Source of the DNA: Alphaproteobacteria bacterium
GTDB lineage: Bacteria; Myxococcota_A; UBA796; CAJQPC01
NCBI GenBank assembly: GCA_020632795.1
Contig: JACKEV010000010.1
Coordinates: forward strand, 95,127 to 159,126
Direction: 5' to 3'
DNA length: 64,000 bases
In this document: piece by piece, positions 49,869 through 60,435 of the stretch
How positions within the stretch are numbered: the first letter of the stretch is position 1
Layout: every line of letters begins with the position of its first letter
Position numbers and translations under genes: made by a program
Notes under the pieces: model-generated
What the model was told of the DNA's origin: nothing
Databases searched by the model: none
What the model saw: only the letters and a program-made list of their open reading frames with translations

Positions 49869-51168
49869 CGCTCTTCCGAAACCCCGTTGACCTGGGCGTC
49901 CTTGAGGATCATGCTGCCGGCTCCCGACACCATGGAGCCCACATGTCCTCGTCCTCTTCCCGCCGCCGCGCCCGTGAGGCGGGCGCTCGCCGCAAGGCCA
50001 TCTCTCGCGCGCAGGCGATGTCCGCCAAGCAGGTCCACGGCTTCGTGGACGAGTTGTTCGGCGAGGACCTGCACGCCAAGCGGGTCGGCACGCTGGCGGA
50101 TGGGACGTTGGGGGTGCTGCACGCCGCGTCGCTGGGCATCCACGCCATCGGCCGGGGTCTCGCGTCGGCCAAGGGTCTTTCGGACAAGCACGCGGTCAAG
50201 CAGGTGGACCGCTGCATCGGCAACGAGGCCATCGACGTGGAGCCGCTGCAGACCCGGCTGGTGAAACGTCTGCTCGCAGGCCGGGAGGAAGCCACGGTGA
50301 ACTTGGACTGGACGGAGTTCGACAAGGACGACCAGTCCACGCTGATGCTGAGTCTGCAGACCTCGCACGGTCGCGCCCAGCCCCTGATGTGGAAGACCGT
50401 GGTGAAGTCCGAGCTGGCCGGCCAGATGAACGACCACGAGGACGCCCTGCTGACGCGCTTCGCAGCGGCGGTACCCGAGGGCGTCCGCGTGACCGTCGTC
50501 GCAGACCGAGGCTTCGGCGATCAGGCGCTCTTCGACTTCCTGTCCGAGTTGGGCTTGGACTACATCATCCGCATTCGAGGGTGCATCCACGTCACCGACA
50601 AGACTGGGGAGACGAAGCGCGCCGACGCCTGGGTCGGCAAGGGGGGCCGCCTCCGCGCCCTGCCCGAGGCCCGGGTCACAGACGACAAGACACCCGTGGG
50701 TGTGGTCGTCGTCGTGCGCGACAAGGGCATGAAGGACACCTGGTGCCTCGTCGCCAGCGACCCCGAGTGGCGAGGCGCCGACGTCAAGCGCCGATACGGC
50801 AAGCGCTTCTCCTGCGAGGAGACCTTCCGCGACCTCAAGGACCCTCGCTTCGGCTTCGGACTCCGTCACACCCGCCTCTCCAGCCCCTTGCGTCGCGATC
50901 GCCTCATCTTGCTGGCCGTCCTCGCACAGGCACTCCTCACCTTGCTCGGGGAGGCCGGCGAGGCCGTCGGCCTCGACCGCGTCCTCAAGACCAACACCTC
51001 CAGACGACGCACCATGTCCCTCCTTCGACAGGGGATGCGGTGGTACGAACGCATCGGGACCATGCCCGAGGAGTGGCTCCTCGCGCTCATGACCTCCTTC
51101 GAGAGGATGCTGCGGGAAGACACTTTGTTTCAGGGATTTCTCGGGCTGGAGGCAGAATGAGGGGATGC
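49817..51168 (+). mobile_element. IS4-family insertion sequence (about 1.35 kb)
   Basis: Imperfect terminal inverted repeats: GCATCCCCCTGA / ATCCCCTCA at 49816-49839 versus TGAGGGGATGC at 51158-51168. It encloses the DDE transposase ORF. Confidence 0.45.
49943..51160 (+). CDS. IS4-family DDE transposase
   Basis: VVADRGFGD (second-Asp region) and YGKRFSCEETFRDLKD (a Y-R-E-K-type motif) are typical of IS4-family transposases. Confidence 0.8.
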   Translation: MSSSSSRRRAREAGARRKAISRAQAMSAKQVHGFVDELFGEDLHAKRVGTLADGTLGVLHAASLGIHAIGRGLASAKGLSDKHAVKQVDRCIGNEAIDVEPLQTRLVKRLLAGREEATVNLDWTEFDKDDQSTLMLSLQTSHGRAQPLMWKTVVKSELAGQMNDHEDALLTRFAAAVPEGVRVTVVADRGFGDQALFDFLSELGLDYIIRIRGCIHVTDKTGETKRADAWVGKGGRLRALPEARVTDDKTPVGVVVVVRDKGMKDTWCLVASDPEWRGADVKRRYGKRFSCEETFRDLKDPRFGFGLRHTRLSSPLRRDRLILLAVLAQALLTLLGEAGEAVGLDRVLKTNTSRRRTMSLLRQGMRWYERIGTMPEEWLLALMTSFERMLREDTLFQGFLGLEAE

Positions 51169-51356
51169 TTCAGGACGCCACATCCTCTCTGAAAAGGGCC
51201 TCAGCACCCCCGACTCGTTCCGTTTGGGTGACAGTGGTTTCCAAAAAAACCACTACACAATCAGCACCAACACATGGCGATTCAAGAACGTGCAGGAGGT
51301 GGCCCGACCAAGTCGGAAGAGGCCGAGACTACTCGGTAACATCCGGGTACTTTCAC

Positions 51357-51683
51357 TCAACAATACCTTTCGTAAACACAGGTGATCTCCGCTCCCGAAT
51401 GATCCGCAGAGTGGTAGCAACACAACTCCGTGTCGATACCAATATATTCATCACATACACTCACGCAAACTTCCAGCGGCAAGGTTCCTTCAACCCCAGT
51501 CGGAGCAATTTCGTCTTGCTCCAGTTCCTCGGTAGACAGGAAGAAGGTGCTCGTTTCCCGAACGCCGAACTTGCAGCAACCATCCGTCCCCATGTTCAGG
51601 GGAATCGTCATGCATACGATAAGGAACGACCTGATTGTCGTACGATGAGCCCACTTGTCCCAACTCATGATGTTCACCTCCAT
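51357..51683 (-). CDS. Small Cys-rich protein, family copy C
   Basis: MTIPLNMGTDGCCKFGVRETSTFFLSTEELEQDE...VCVSVCDEYIGIDTELCCYHSADHSGAEITCVYERYC. Its upstream 60 bp duplicate the region upstream of copy A. Confidence 0.5.
   Translation of the reverse strand: MEVNIMSWDKWAHRTTIRSFLIVCMTIPLNMGTDGCCKFGVRETSTFFLSTEELEQDEIAPTGVEGTLPLEVCVSVCDEYIGIDTELCCYHSADHSGAEITCVYERYC
51612..51680. repeat. Duplicated 5' region of Cys-rich gene copy C
   Basis: See 48770-48835. Confidence 0.55.
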
Positions 51684-51709
51684 CGACTACGTGCGCTGTA
51701 TGTGTTCCA

Positions 51710-51973
51710 TCAACAGTACCGTTCATAATAACAGGTGACGTCCGCGCCACCGTCGGCGGTCCTGATGTACACGCAATCGTCTGAAGTGATGTGCACATAA
51801 TCTCCACACAACACCTCGCAAACGTACGGTGGAGGAACGCCATTGTCGTCGTTGAATCTATTGTCAACTTCGTCCAGCTCTTCAGCCGAGAGGTAGGCTG
51901 TCTTCTCCTCCCATACTCCGAACTTGCAGCACCCCGCCAGCACGACGGTCATCAGGCCCCATGCGATGGCGAC
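51710..51973 (-). CDS. Small Cys-rich lipoprotein, family copy D (start at MVAIAWG)
   Basis: MVAIAWGLMTVVLAGCCKFGV has a canonical LAGC lipobox. The mature protein is about 65 aa with 8 Cys and ends ...CYYERYC. Confidence 0.5.
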   Translation of the reverse strand, partial: VAIAWGLMTVVLAGCCKFGVWEEKTAYLSAEELDEVDNRFNDDNGVPPPYVCEVLCGDYVHITSDDCVYIRTADGGADVTCYYERYC

Positions 51974-52022
51974 CATCCTGGGTGTTCCTTCCATCCTCAA
52001 CCTCCTGACGACCTGTCCTGGT

Positions 52023-52109
52023 CGGGTCCCTCGCAGCATACCCGCTCCGACGGGGCCTCGTCGCCCGCGGATCCGCCGATCTCATCGGGGAGAGACCTGC
52101 GCTCCTCGG
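52023..52109. repeat. About 90-bp repeat, copy 2, immediately upstream of Cys-rich lipoprotein gene D
   Basis: See copy 1. It lies 50-135 bp upstream of the MVAIAWG start of copy D. Confidence 0.6.
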
Positions 52110-52210
52110 CTGGATCTCAAGAGTGCCGGGTGAACCGGGATCTGTGTACTGTGCGTCACGATGACCTCACACAGAACTCAAATCAAACTCAGTCGCTGGC
52201 CCCTCCCCCC

Positions 52211-54505
52211 TCAACACGCCCGCGTCGGATCCCCCCGCACCCTCGGCGCGTCAAATGCCTCCTCCCGCGGATCCCCGTCCGCGTAGAACGCCTGGATCGC
52301 CGACCAGGCCTCGCTCGCCGTCTCCACCACGGTGAAGAGCCCGGCGTCGGGGTCGTCGATCGTGCCCTCGTCCGCCAGAAAGCCCGCGTCGAAGCAGCCC
52401 TTCCAGAACGCCGTGCCCACCAGCACCACCGGGATGCGGGGCATCTTGCCGGTCTGGATGAGACACAATGCGTCGAACAGCTCGTCCAGGGTGCCGAAGC
52501 CCCCGGGGAAGGCCACCAGGGCCCGGGTGCGCATCAGGAAGTGCATCTTGCGCAGGGCGAAGTAGCGGAACTGGAAGCACAGGCCCGGCGTGATGTAGGG
52601 GTTGGGGAACTGCTCCCGGGGCAGGGTGATGTTCAGGCCCACGGAGGGCGCGCCCAGCTCCCAGGCGCCCCGGTTGGCGGCCTCCATCACGCCGGGGCCG
52701 CCGCCGGTAACCACCACCGCGCGCACGTCGGGGGCGATGTCCTCGGTGGCGACCAGGCGCCCGAGGGCGCGGGCCTCTTCGTAGTACATCGCCTTGGCGG
52801 CCAGGCGCTGGGCCACCGCGACGGCCCGCTCGTCCCCGGACTCCTTGGCGGCGTCCAGCCGGCGGCGGGCCTCGGCGGCACCCCGCACGCGGGTGCCCCC
52901 GAAGACCACGACCGTGTCGGATATCCCCGCCGCCTCCATGGCCAGGTGCGGCTTGAGGTACTCCAGCATCAGCCGCGCCGGGCGCAGGGCGTCCTGGTCC
53001 AGGAAGTCCACGTCCTGGTCGGCGCGCAGGTAGGCGGGGCTCTCCATCAAGGCCTGGACCCGGGCGGCCTCCGCCTCGGACAACCCGGCCGGCAGCGCGG
53101 GCGCGGGGGCCTCCACCGAGGGCAGCCGGGGCACCGGGGCGGACTCGGACAGGCTCACCGTCTGCCCATAGGACGGGATGCGCACCGTCCAGCCGAAGTG
53201 GTCGCGGATCTTGCGGCGCAGGGCGTCGGCGGCGTGGGGCTCGCCGTGGTTGAGCATCACCGTGCGGGGCGCCCCGGGCAGCCCGCGCAGCCACGCCAGC
53301 AGCTCGGCCTGGTCGGCGTGGGCCGAGAGGCCGTCGATGCGCGCGACGTGACACTGCACCGGGATGTCCCGCCCGTGGACCCGCACCTCGGGGGCTCCGC
53401 CGAGGAGGGCGGCGCCCCGGGTGCCCGGCGCCTGATAGCCCACGAAGAGGATGGTGTTCTGCTCGCCCGGCGCCAGGCGCTTGAGGTGGTGCAGCACCCG
53501 CCCGCCGGTGAGCATGCCGCTGGCCGAGACCAGCACGTAGGGGCCGGGCTGGTCGGCCAGGGCCATGGACTCGTCGGCGCTGTGCAGGAGCCGGGTCTGC
53601 CGCCACGACGACGCGGCCTCCTCTTCCGAAAGCCGGTGCTGATCGAGGTTCTTGAGGTACAGCTCCGTGGTGTCCACCGCCATCGGGCTGTCGAGGTAGA
53701 TGGGGATCGGCGGGATCTCCTCGCGCTGCTGGAGCAGCTCCAGGGCGTAGAGCAGCACCTGGGAGCGCCCCACCGCGAACGCCGGCACCAGCAGCACGCC
53801 ACCACGCTCGGCCGTCTCGTTGACCACCTGGGCCAGCCGCTTGAGCACGTCCTCGTCGCCGTGCAGGCGGTCGCCGTAGGTGGACTCCAGCACGAGGTGG
53901 TCCACCGGCGCATCGGGGTGGGTCGGAGGCCGCATGATCAGGTCGTCGGGCCGCCCCAGGTCCCCGCTGAACAGCACGCTGCCGTCCTTGTCGCGCAGGA
54001 TCGCCATCGACGCGCCCAGGATGTGCCCGGCGGGCAGCAGGGTGGCGCTCAGGCCCTGGCCCAGGTCCACCGGCGCGCCCCAGCCCACCGGCTTGAGGTG
54101 CGCCAGCGCGGCGCGGGCCTCGTCCTGGGTGTAGAGGGGCAGCGCGGGGTCGTGCCGGGACCAGCCCTCGCGGTTGGCCTGCTCAGCGTCCAGCTCGAAG
54201 ATGTGGGCGGCGTCCACCCACAACAGCGCGCAGAGGTCGGCGGTGGCCTGGGTGCAGTACACCGGCCCCTTGAAGCCCGAGCACACCAGCCGGGGGATCC
54301 AGCCGCTGTGGTCGAGGTGGGCGTGGGTCAGCACCACCGCGTCGATGGTCCGGGCCCGGACCGGCAGGTCCTCCCAGTTGCGGAGCCGCAGCTCCTTGAA
54401 GCCCTGAAACAAACCGCAGTCCACCAGGACCCGCCGCCCGCCGGATTCGACGAGGGTTCGGGAGCCGGTGACCGTCTCTGCGCCGCCGAGGAATTGAAGT
54501 CGCAT
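52211..54505 (-). CDS. Fusion protein: beta-CASP MBL-fold metallo-hydrolase (RNA/DNA-nuclease-like) plus a LOG-family (TIGR00730) domain
   Basis: Start MRLQFLGGAETVTGS. HAHLDHSGW is an MBL motif; the beta-CASP region follows. The C-terminal GGGPGVMEAANRGA...PGGFGTLDELFDAL is the LOG signature. Continuous in one frame. Confidence 0.65.
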   Translation of the reverse strand: MRLQFLGGAETVTGSRTLVESGGRRVLVDCGLFQGFKELRLRNWEDLPVRARTIDAVVLTHAHLDHSGWIPRLVCSGFKGPVYCTQATADLCALLWVDAAHIFELDAEQANREGWSRHDPALPLYTQDEARAALAHLKPVGWGAPVDLGQGLSATLLPAGHILGASMAILRDKDGSVLFSGDLGRPDDLIMRPPTHPDAPVDHLVLESTYGDRLHGDEDVLKRLAQVVNETAERGGVLLVPAFAVGRSQVLLYALELLQQREEIPPIPIYLDSPMAVDTTELYLKNLDQHRLSEEEAASSWRQTRLLHSADESMALADQPGPYVLVSASGMLTGGRVLHHLKRLAPGEQNTILFVGYQAPGTRGAALLGGAPEVRVHGRDIPVQCHVARIDGLSAHADQAELLAWLRGLPGAPRTVMLNHGEPHAADALRRKIRDHFGWTVRIPSYGQTVSLSESAPVPRLPSVEAPAPALPAGLSEAEAARVQALMESPAYLRADQDVDFLDQDALRPARLMLEYLKPHLAMEAAGISDTVVVFGGTRVRGAAEARRRLDAAKESGDERAVAVAQRLAAKAMYYEEARALGRLVATEDIAPDVRAVVVTGGGPGVMEAANRGAWELGAPSVGLNITLPREQFPNPYITPGLCFQFRYFALRKMHFLMRTRALVAFPGGFGTLDELFDALCLIQTGKMPRIPVVLVGTAFWKGCFDAGFLADEGTIDDPDAGLFTVVETASEAWSAIQAFYADGDPREEAFDAPRVRGDPTRAC

Positions 54506-54536
54506 CCCATCCTGGTACCCGAAAGGGGCCGGCGGT

Positions 54537-56423
<1,887 letters not shown>

Positions 56424-56509
56424 CGGGTCCCCCGGAGCGCGTGAGAGAGAGGTCCACCCCTGTTATCCCGCGTGTGGCTCACCTGCGGCGCGCGGATCGC
56501 CGGCCGACG

Positions 56510-57130
56510 TCAGCGCGCCTTGAGCAGCCGCTCAACCTTCCGACGCTCGCTCACCGGGGCCACCGCCCCGCCCACGGTCAGCCGCCAGGCCCTGGCGAAG
56601 GCCTTGTCGAACGCCTCCCAGGCCGACCGGTACAGGGTGACGCTCCCGGCGTGGGCCTGGGGCGGGCTGAGGAAGAAGATGCCCTCCTTCCCGGCGGCCT
56701 CGGGGCCGTAGAGGGGCAGGCCCTCGTAGCGGAAGAAGATGGGCGACTCGCTCAGCCCCTCCAGCTCGTAGGACAGCGTCAAGCCGAAGGTCTCGGAGGT
56801 GTCGGCGTCGAGGATGTCGATGGTGTCGCCCTTCGCGGGGCCTGTGCCCGCCGCGGGGGCGGCGTACAGGACCTCACGGACGACCGCCTGCAGGACCCCC
56901 GCGCCGTAGCGCCCGGTGGCGGCCTCGCCGCTGGCGCGCGCCGCGGTCCAGTCGAACTCCACGACGCGGACCGCCGGGTCGGCGAGGGTCGCGACCACGA
57001 CCACGGGGGCCGACGACGCGAGGTCCTCCAGGGTCGTCGGCTCGTAGAAGACCTGGCTCACGTGGGCCTCCAGGGGGACAACGAGGGCCGCGACCAGGGC
57101 CAGGGCGGCGGCGAGGGTTCGAAGGCGCAT
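56510..57130 (-). CDS. Secreted hypothetical protein
   Basis: MRLRTLAAALALVAALVVPLEA is a signal peptide. Confidence 0.45.
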   Translation of the reverse strand: MRLRTLAAALALVAALVVPLEAHVSQVFYEPTTLEDLASSAPVVVVATLADPAVRVVEFDWTAARASGEAATGRYGAGVLQAVVREVLYAAPAAGTGPAKGDTIDILDADTSETFGLTLSYELEGLSESPIFFRYEGLPLYGPEAAGKEGIFFLSPPQAHAGSVTLYRSAWEAFDKAFARAWRLTVGGAVAPVSERRKVERLLKAR

Positions 57131-57139
57131 CCGTGCTCC

Positions 57140-58732
57140 CTACATCTGCCGATTGTACGCGCCGGCGTCGATGGGGGCCTCCACGATCGTGAGCCCGCCG
57201 CGCGCGACGGCCTCGGCGACCGCCCGGCGCACCGCCTCCGGGGTCTCCGCCCGCGCGCCGACGCCCCCGTACGCCCGCGCCACCGCGCCGAAGTCCGGGT
57301 TCCCCAGCCGCACCCCCCGCAGAGGCAGGCCCATGCGCCGCTGCTTGAGCTCGATCAGGGCGAGGCTCTCGTCCACCAGCACGACGACGACGAGGTCCAG
57401 GCCGCGCTCGGCGACGACCCCCAGCTCGCCCAGGCTCATCTGGAGGCCGCCGTCCCCGACGATGGCCACCACCGGGCGCTCCGGGCAGCTCAGGCGGGCG
57501 CCGATGGCGGCGGGCAGGCCGTAGCCCATCGAGGAGAAGCCGTTGGACTGGAGCAGGGTGCTCGGCGCCGCGCAGCGCCACACATGGGACGCCGTGATCC
57601 GGTGCGCGCCCACGTCCAGGGTGGCCACGGCGTCCGGCGGCAGGGCGGCCTGGACCGCGCGGATCGCGGTGGCCGGCCCCAGGGTCCCGGGCTCCTCCAG
57701 GAACAGGGCCTCGACCTCGACGCGGTAGCGCGCCAGGCGCTCCGCCACCCAGCCGCCCCCGGCGGGGCCGGTCAGCGCCGCCAGGATGCCGGGGATGTCG
57801 CCCACCAGGGTCTCGACCGGCGCGCACAGCAGGTCGAGGGGCGGGCTGCGATCGATCGCGACGACCGGCAGCGCGCCGGGCCACCCGGGCAGCCAGTGGG
57901 GACGCATCTCCACGGCGTCGTAGCCGATGAGCAGCAGCAGATCGGCCTCGGCGAGCATGCCCCGGGCCAGGGCGTCCACCGGGGGGCTCAGGCCGACGGC
58001 CCCGGCGCTCAGGGGGTGATGCTCGTCCAGGATCCCCTTGGCCTTGTAGGTGGTCCAGACCGGGGCGCCGCACGCCTCGGCGAGCGCCTCGAGGGCGGGC
58101 CCCGCCGCGCTCCGAAGGACCCCCGGCCCCACCAGGATCGCCGGGCGCCGGGACGCCGCCAGCCGCGCCCGGGCGGCGGAGACGTCGGGCAGGCCGAGGC
58201 GCGGCGGGGGGTCGTCGGGCCACACGCCCGGCTGCTCGGCCCCGGAGACGTCGGTGGGGACGTTGAGGTGGACGGGCCCGGGTCGCCCGTCGAGGAGGCG
58301 GCGCAGGGCGAGCGGGATCTCGCGCCATGCCTCCTGCGCGCTCAGGGTGACGCTGTGCTTGCAGACCGGGGCGAACAGGGCGCGCTGGTCGAGGGTCTGG
58401 TGGGTGTAGACCCCCACGCGATGCTCGGGGACCTGGCCGGTGATCGCGACCACCGGGGCGCGGTCCAGCAGGCAGCCGGCCAGCCCGGAGACGAGGTTCG
58501 TGGCCCCGGGGCCCAGGGTGGCGACGCAGACGCCGATCCCCCCGGTGAGCTGGGCGCAGGCGTCGGCGGCGAAGCCCGCGCTGCCCTCGTGGCGGACCAG
58601 CACGAAGTCGACGCCCTCGTCGGCGAGGGCCTGGATCAAGGGCAGGGTCTCGCCGCCGGGTACGCCGAAGGCGTGGCGCGCCCCACGCCGGGCCAGGGCG
58701 CGGGCGAGCAGACGGACGGTGGTCAGCGGCAT
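57140..58732 (-). CDS. Thiamine-pyrophosphate enzyme (acetolactate-synthase-like)
   Basis: MPLTTVRLLARALARRGARHAFGVPGG...GPGATNLVSGLA and a C-terminal TPP-binding GDGG motif. The ORF-track 5' extension is a GC artefact; alternative start at 58756. Confidence 0.75.
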   Translation of the reverse strand: MPLTTVRLLARALARRGARHAFGVPGGETLPLIQALADEGVDFVLVRHEGSAGFAADACAQLTGGIGVCVATLGPGATNLVSGLAGCLLDRAPVVAITGQVPEHRVGVYTHQTLDQRALFAPVCKHSVTLSAQEAWREIPLALRRLLDGRPGPVHLNVPTDVSGAEQPGVWPDDPPPRLGLPDVSAARARLAASRRPAILVGPGVLRSAAGPALEALAEACGAPVWTTYKAKGILDEHHPLSAGAVGLSPPVDALARGMLAEADLLLLIGYDAVEMRPHWLPGWPGALPVVAIDRSPPLDLLCAPVETLVGDIPGILAALTGPAGGGWVAERLARYRVEVEALFLEEPGTLGPATAIRAVQAALPPDAVATLDVGAHRITASHVWRCAAPSTLLQSNGFSSMGYGLPAAIGARLSCPERPVVAIVGDGGLQMSLGELGVVAERGLDLVVVVLVDESLALIELKQRRMGLPLRGVRLGNPDFGAVARAYGGVGARAETPEAVRRAVAEAVARGGLTIVEAPIDAGAYNRQM

Positions 58733-58810
58733 GGAGGCTCCGGGCGGGTGCGCCATCCTGCCCCGCCCACCGGTGGGGCGCAACGCGCGCGGAGCCGGTA
58801 GACTGCCGGC

Positions 58811-59095
58811 ATGCGCATCCCCCTGCTCCTGGCCGCCCTGTTGGGGGCGCCCGACGCCCTCGCCAAGGCGCCGACGCCCGCCCCCCTGGTGGACGGCAGC
58901 TTCACGATCCCGTCCTCCGAACCCCTGGTCTCCGCGGGGCCGGTGATCGACACGCCGACGGTCCCGAGCGGGGGCGGCCCTGCGGACGTACGGGTCGCCC
59001 CGTGGGTCATCGTGGGGGCGGTCGCTGGCGGCGTGGTCGTCACCGTCGCGTTCGTCCTCTGCTGCTGGTGGGTCTACCCGGTGCTCTGGTACTGA
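58811..59095 (+). CDS. Small single-pass membrane protein, paralog 1
   Basis: Signal peptide, about 40-aa Pro-rich ectodomain, C-terminal TM ending CCWWVYPVLWY. Confidence 0.4.
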   Translation: MRIPLLLAALLGAPDALAKAPTPAPLVDGSFTIPSSEPLVSAGPVIDTPTVPSGGGPADVRVAPWVIVGAVAGGVVVTVAFVLCCWWVYPVLWY

Positions 59096-59154
59096 GCCGG
59101 CGCGGACGGGGTTGTGCATCGCCGAACGCAGGGCTATGCTCCGGGCAACCGGAG

Positions 59155-59481
59155 ATGGTCGTGACCTGTGTTCCCCGCGCGCTGACGCACCTCATTGCTG
59201 CCTTCGTCCTGGCCTTCACGCTCATGCTGCCCGCCGCCCAGGCGCGCACGCCGGGCCAGGCTCAGGATCTGCCCGCCCTGGTCGACGACAGCTTCCAGGT
59301 CCCCTCGGACGTCGCGCTGGTCTCGTTCCAGCCGGTGGCCGACGAGCCGGCCGTGCCCCCGGGGGTCAGCGAGCCGGACAACGACCTCACCATCCTCTGG
59401 GTCATCCTGGCGGCGGCCGGCGGCTTCGTGGCGGGCATGTTCGTCGGCTGCTTCATGTGCTTCGCCCTCTACTGGTATTGA
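59155..59481 (+). CDS. Small single-pass membrane protein, paralog 2
   Basis: MVVTCVPRALTHLIAAFVLAFTLMLPAAQA signal. The ectodomain resembles paralog 1 (LVDDSFQVPS versus LVDGSFTIPS). Ends CFMCFALYWY. Confidence 0.4.
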   Translation: MVVTCVPRALTHLIAAFVLAFTLMLPAAQARTPGQAQDLPALVDDSFQVPSDVALVSFQPVADEPAVPPGVSEPDNDLTILWVILAAAGGFVAGMFVGCFMCFALYWY

Positions 59482-59622
59482 TCCCTGCGCCGACTCGCGG
59501 TCCTCTGCACGCTGTTCCTGGGGCTGGCGGCCGACTGGGCCGATCCTGAAGGGCGCTTCACGCTGGCCCTCGATCCGGCTTGGCAGCTCGACCCGGACAA
59601 CACGCCGCTGATCGAGCACCAG

Positions 59623-60435
59623 GTGCTCCGGGCGACCCACCTGCCCACCGGGGCGGGCTTCGTGCTGCGGCACTGGGACAAGGCGCAGATCCTGGACGTG
59701 CGCAAGCGGGTGGAGCGCAAGCTGGACGTCGAGGCCGCGATGAGCCCGGATCGCGTGGCCCTGCTCTTCCAGAAGTCCCATGAGGACGAGCCCATCGGCG
59801 AGACCCTGTACGTGGGGCCCGCCGACGGGGTCGACCCGCAGGTGGGGCGGTGGGTCTACCGGCCCCCGGCGGCGGAGGGGGAACCCGAGCGGGTGTGGTG
59901 GCAGGTGTTCTGGCGCTCGGCGGACGACTACCACCAGCTCGTCGCCTGGAGCCCGGCGGCGCGCTTCGCCGACTTCGCCCAGGCGATGCGCGCGCTGGAG
60001 GGCTCGATCACGCCGGCCCCGGGCTTCACGGCGCCCCAGACCCTGCTCTTCGACAGCGGGCGCGACGACTGCGGCCCGCCCGCCCGCGCCGACCGCGCCC
60101 TGGCCATCCGGGACTCCCGGCGGTTCACCGAGGCCCGCGAGCGCCTGCGCGCGGCCTGGACCCCCTACCGGGACGACCCCCCGGCCGGCGCCCTCGACCC
60201 CGCGAGCGCCCTCTACCTGGCCGAGCTGACCACGATGGACGCGCTCTACCGCAGCGCCGAGGCCTGCGTCCACAAGTCCGCCCGGGAGCGCCGGGACTGC
60301 CGCGTGCTGGAGGGGCCCGTCTCCGGCGCGTCCAGTGAGGCGTTCCAGCAGGGCGTGGTGCGCTGCATCGACGAGGACCCCGAGCTGGACGCGGCGTTGG
60401 ACGCGGCGCTGGCGAAGGTGCTGGGGGCTACATGA
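59623..60435 (+). CDS. Hypothetical protein (GTG start; a signal-peptide-like in-frame extension upstream lacks a canonical start)
   Basis: ORF with coding-style composition. The upstream in-frame sequence LRRLAVLCTLFLGLAADWA follows directly after a TGA. Confidence 0.4.
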   Translation: MLRATHLPTGAGFVLRHWDKAQILDVRKRVERKLDVEAAMSPDRVALLFQKSHEDEPIGETLYVGPADGVDPQVGRWVYRPPAAEGEPERVWWQVFWRSADDYHQLVAWSPAARFADFAQAMRALEGSITPAPGFTAPQTLLFDSGRDDCGPPARADRALAIRDSRRFTEARERLRAAWTPYRDDPPAGALDPASALYLAELTTMDALYRSAEACVHKSARERRDCRVLEGPVSGASSEAFQQGVVRCIDEDPELDAALDAALAKVLGAT

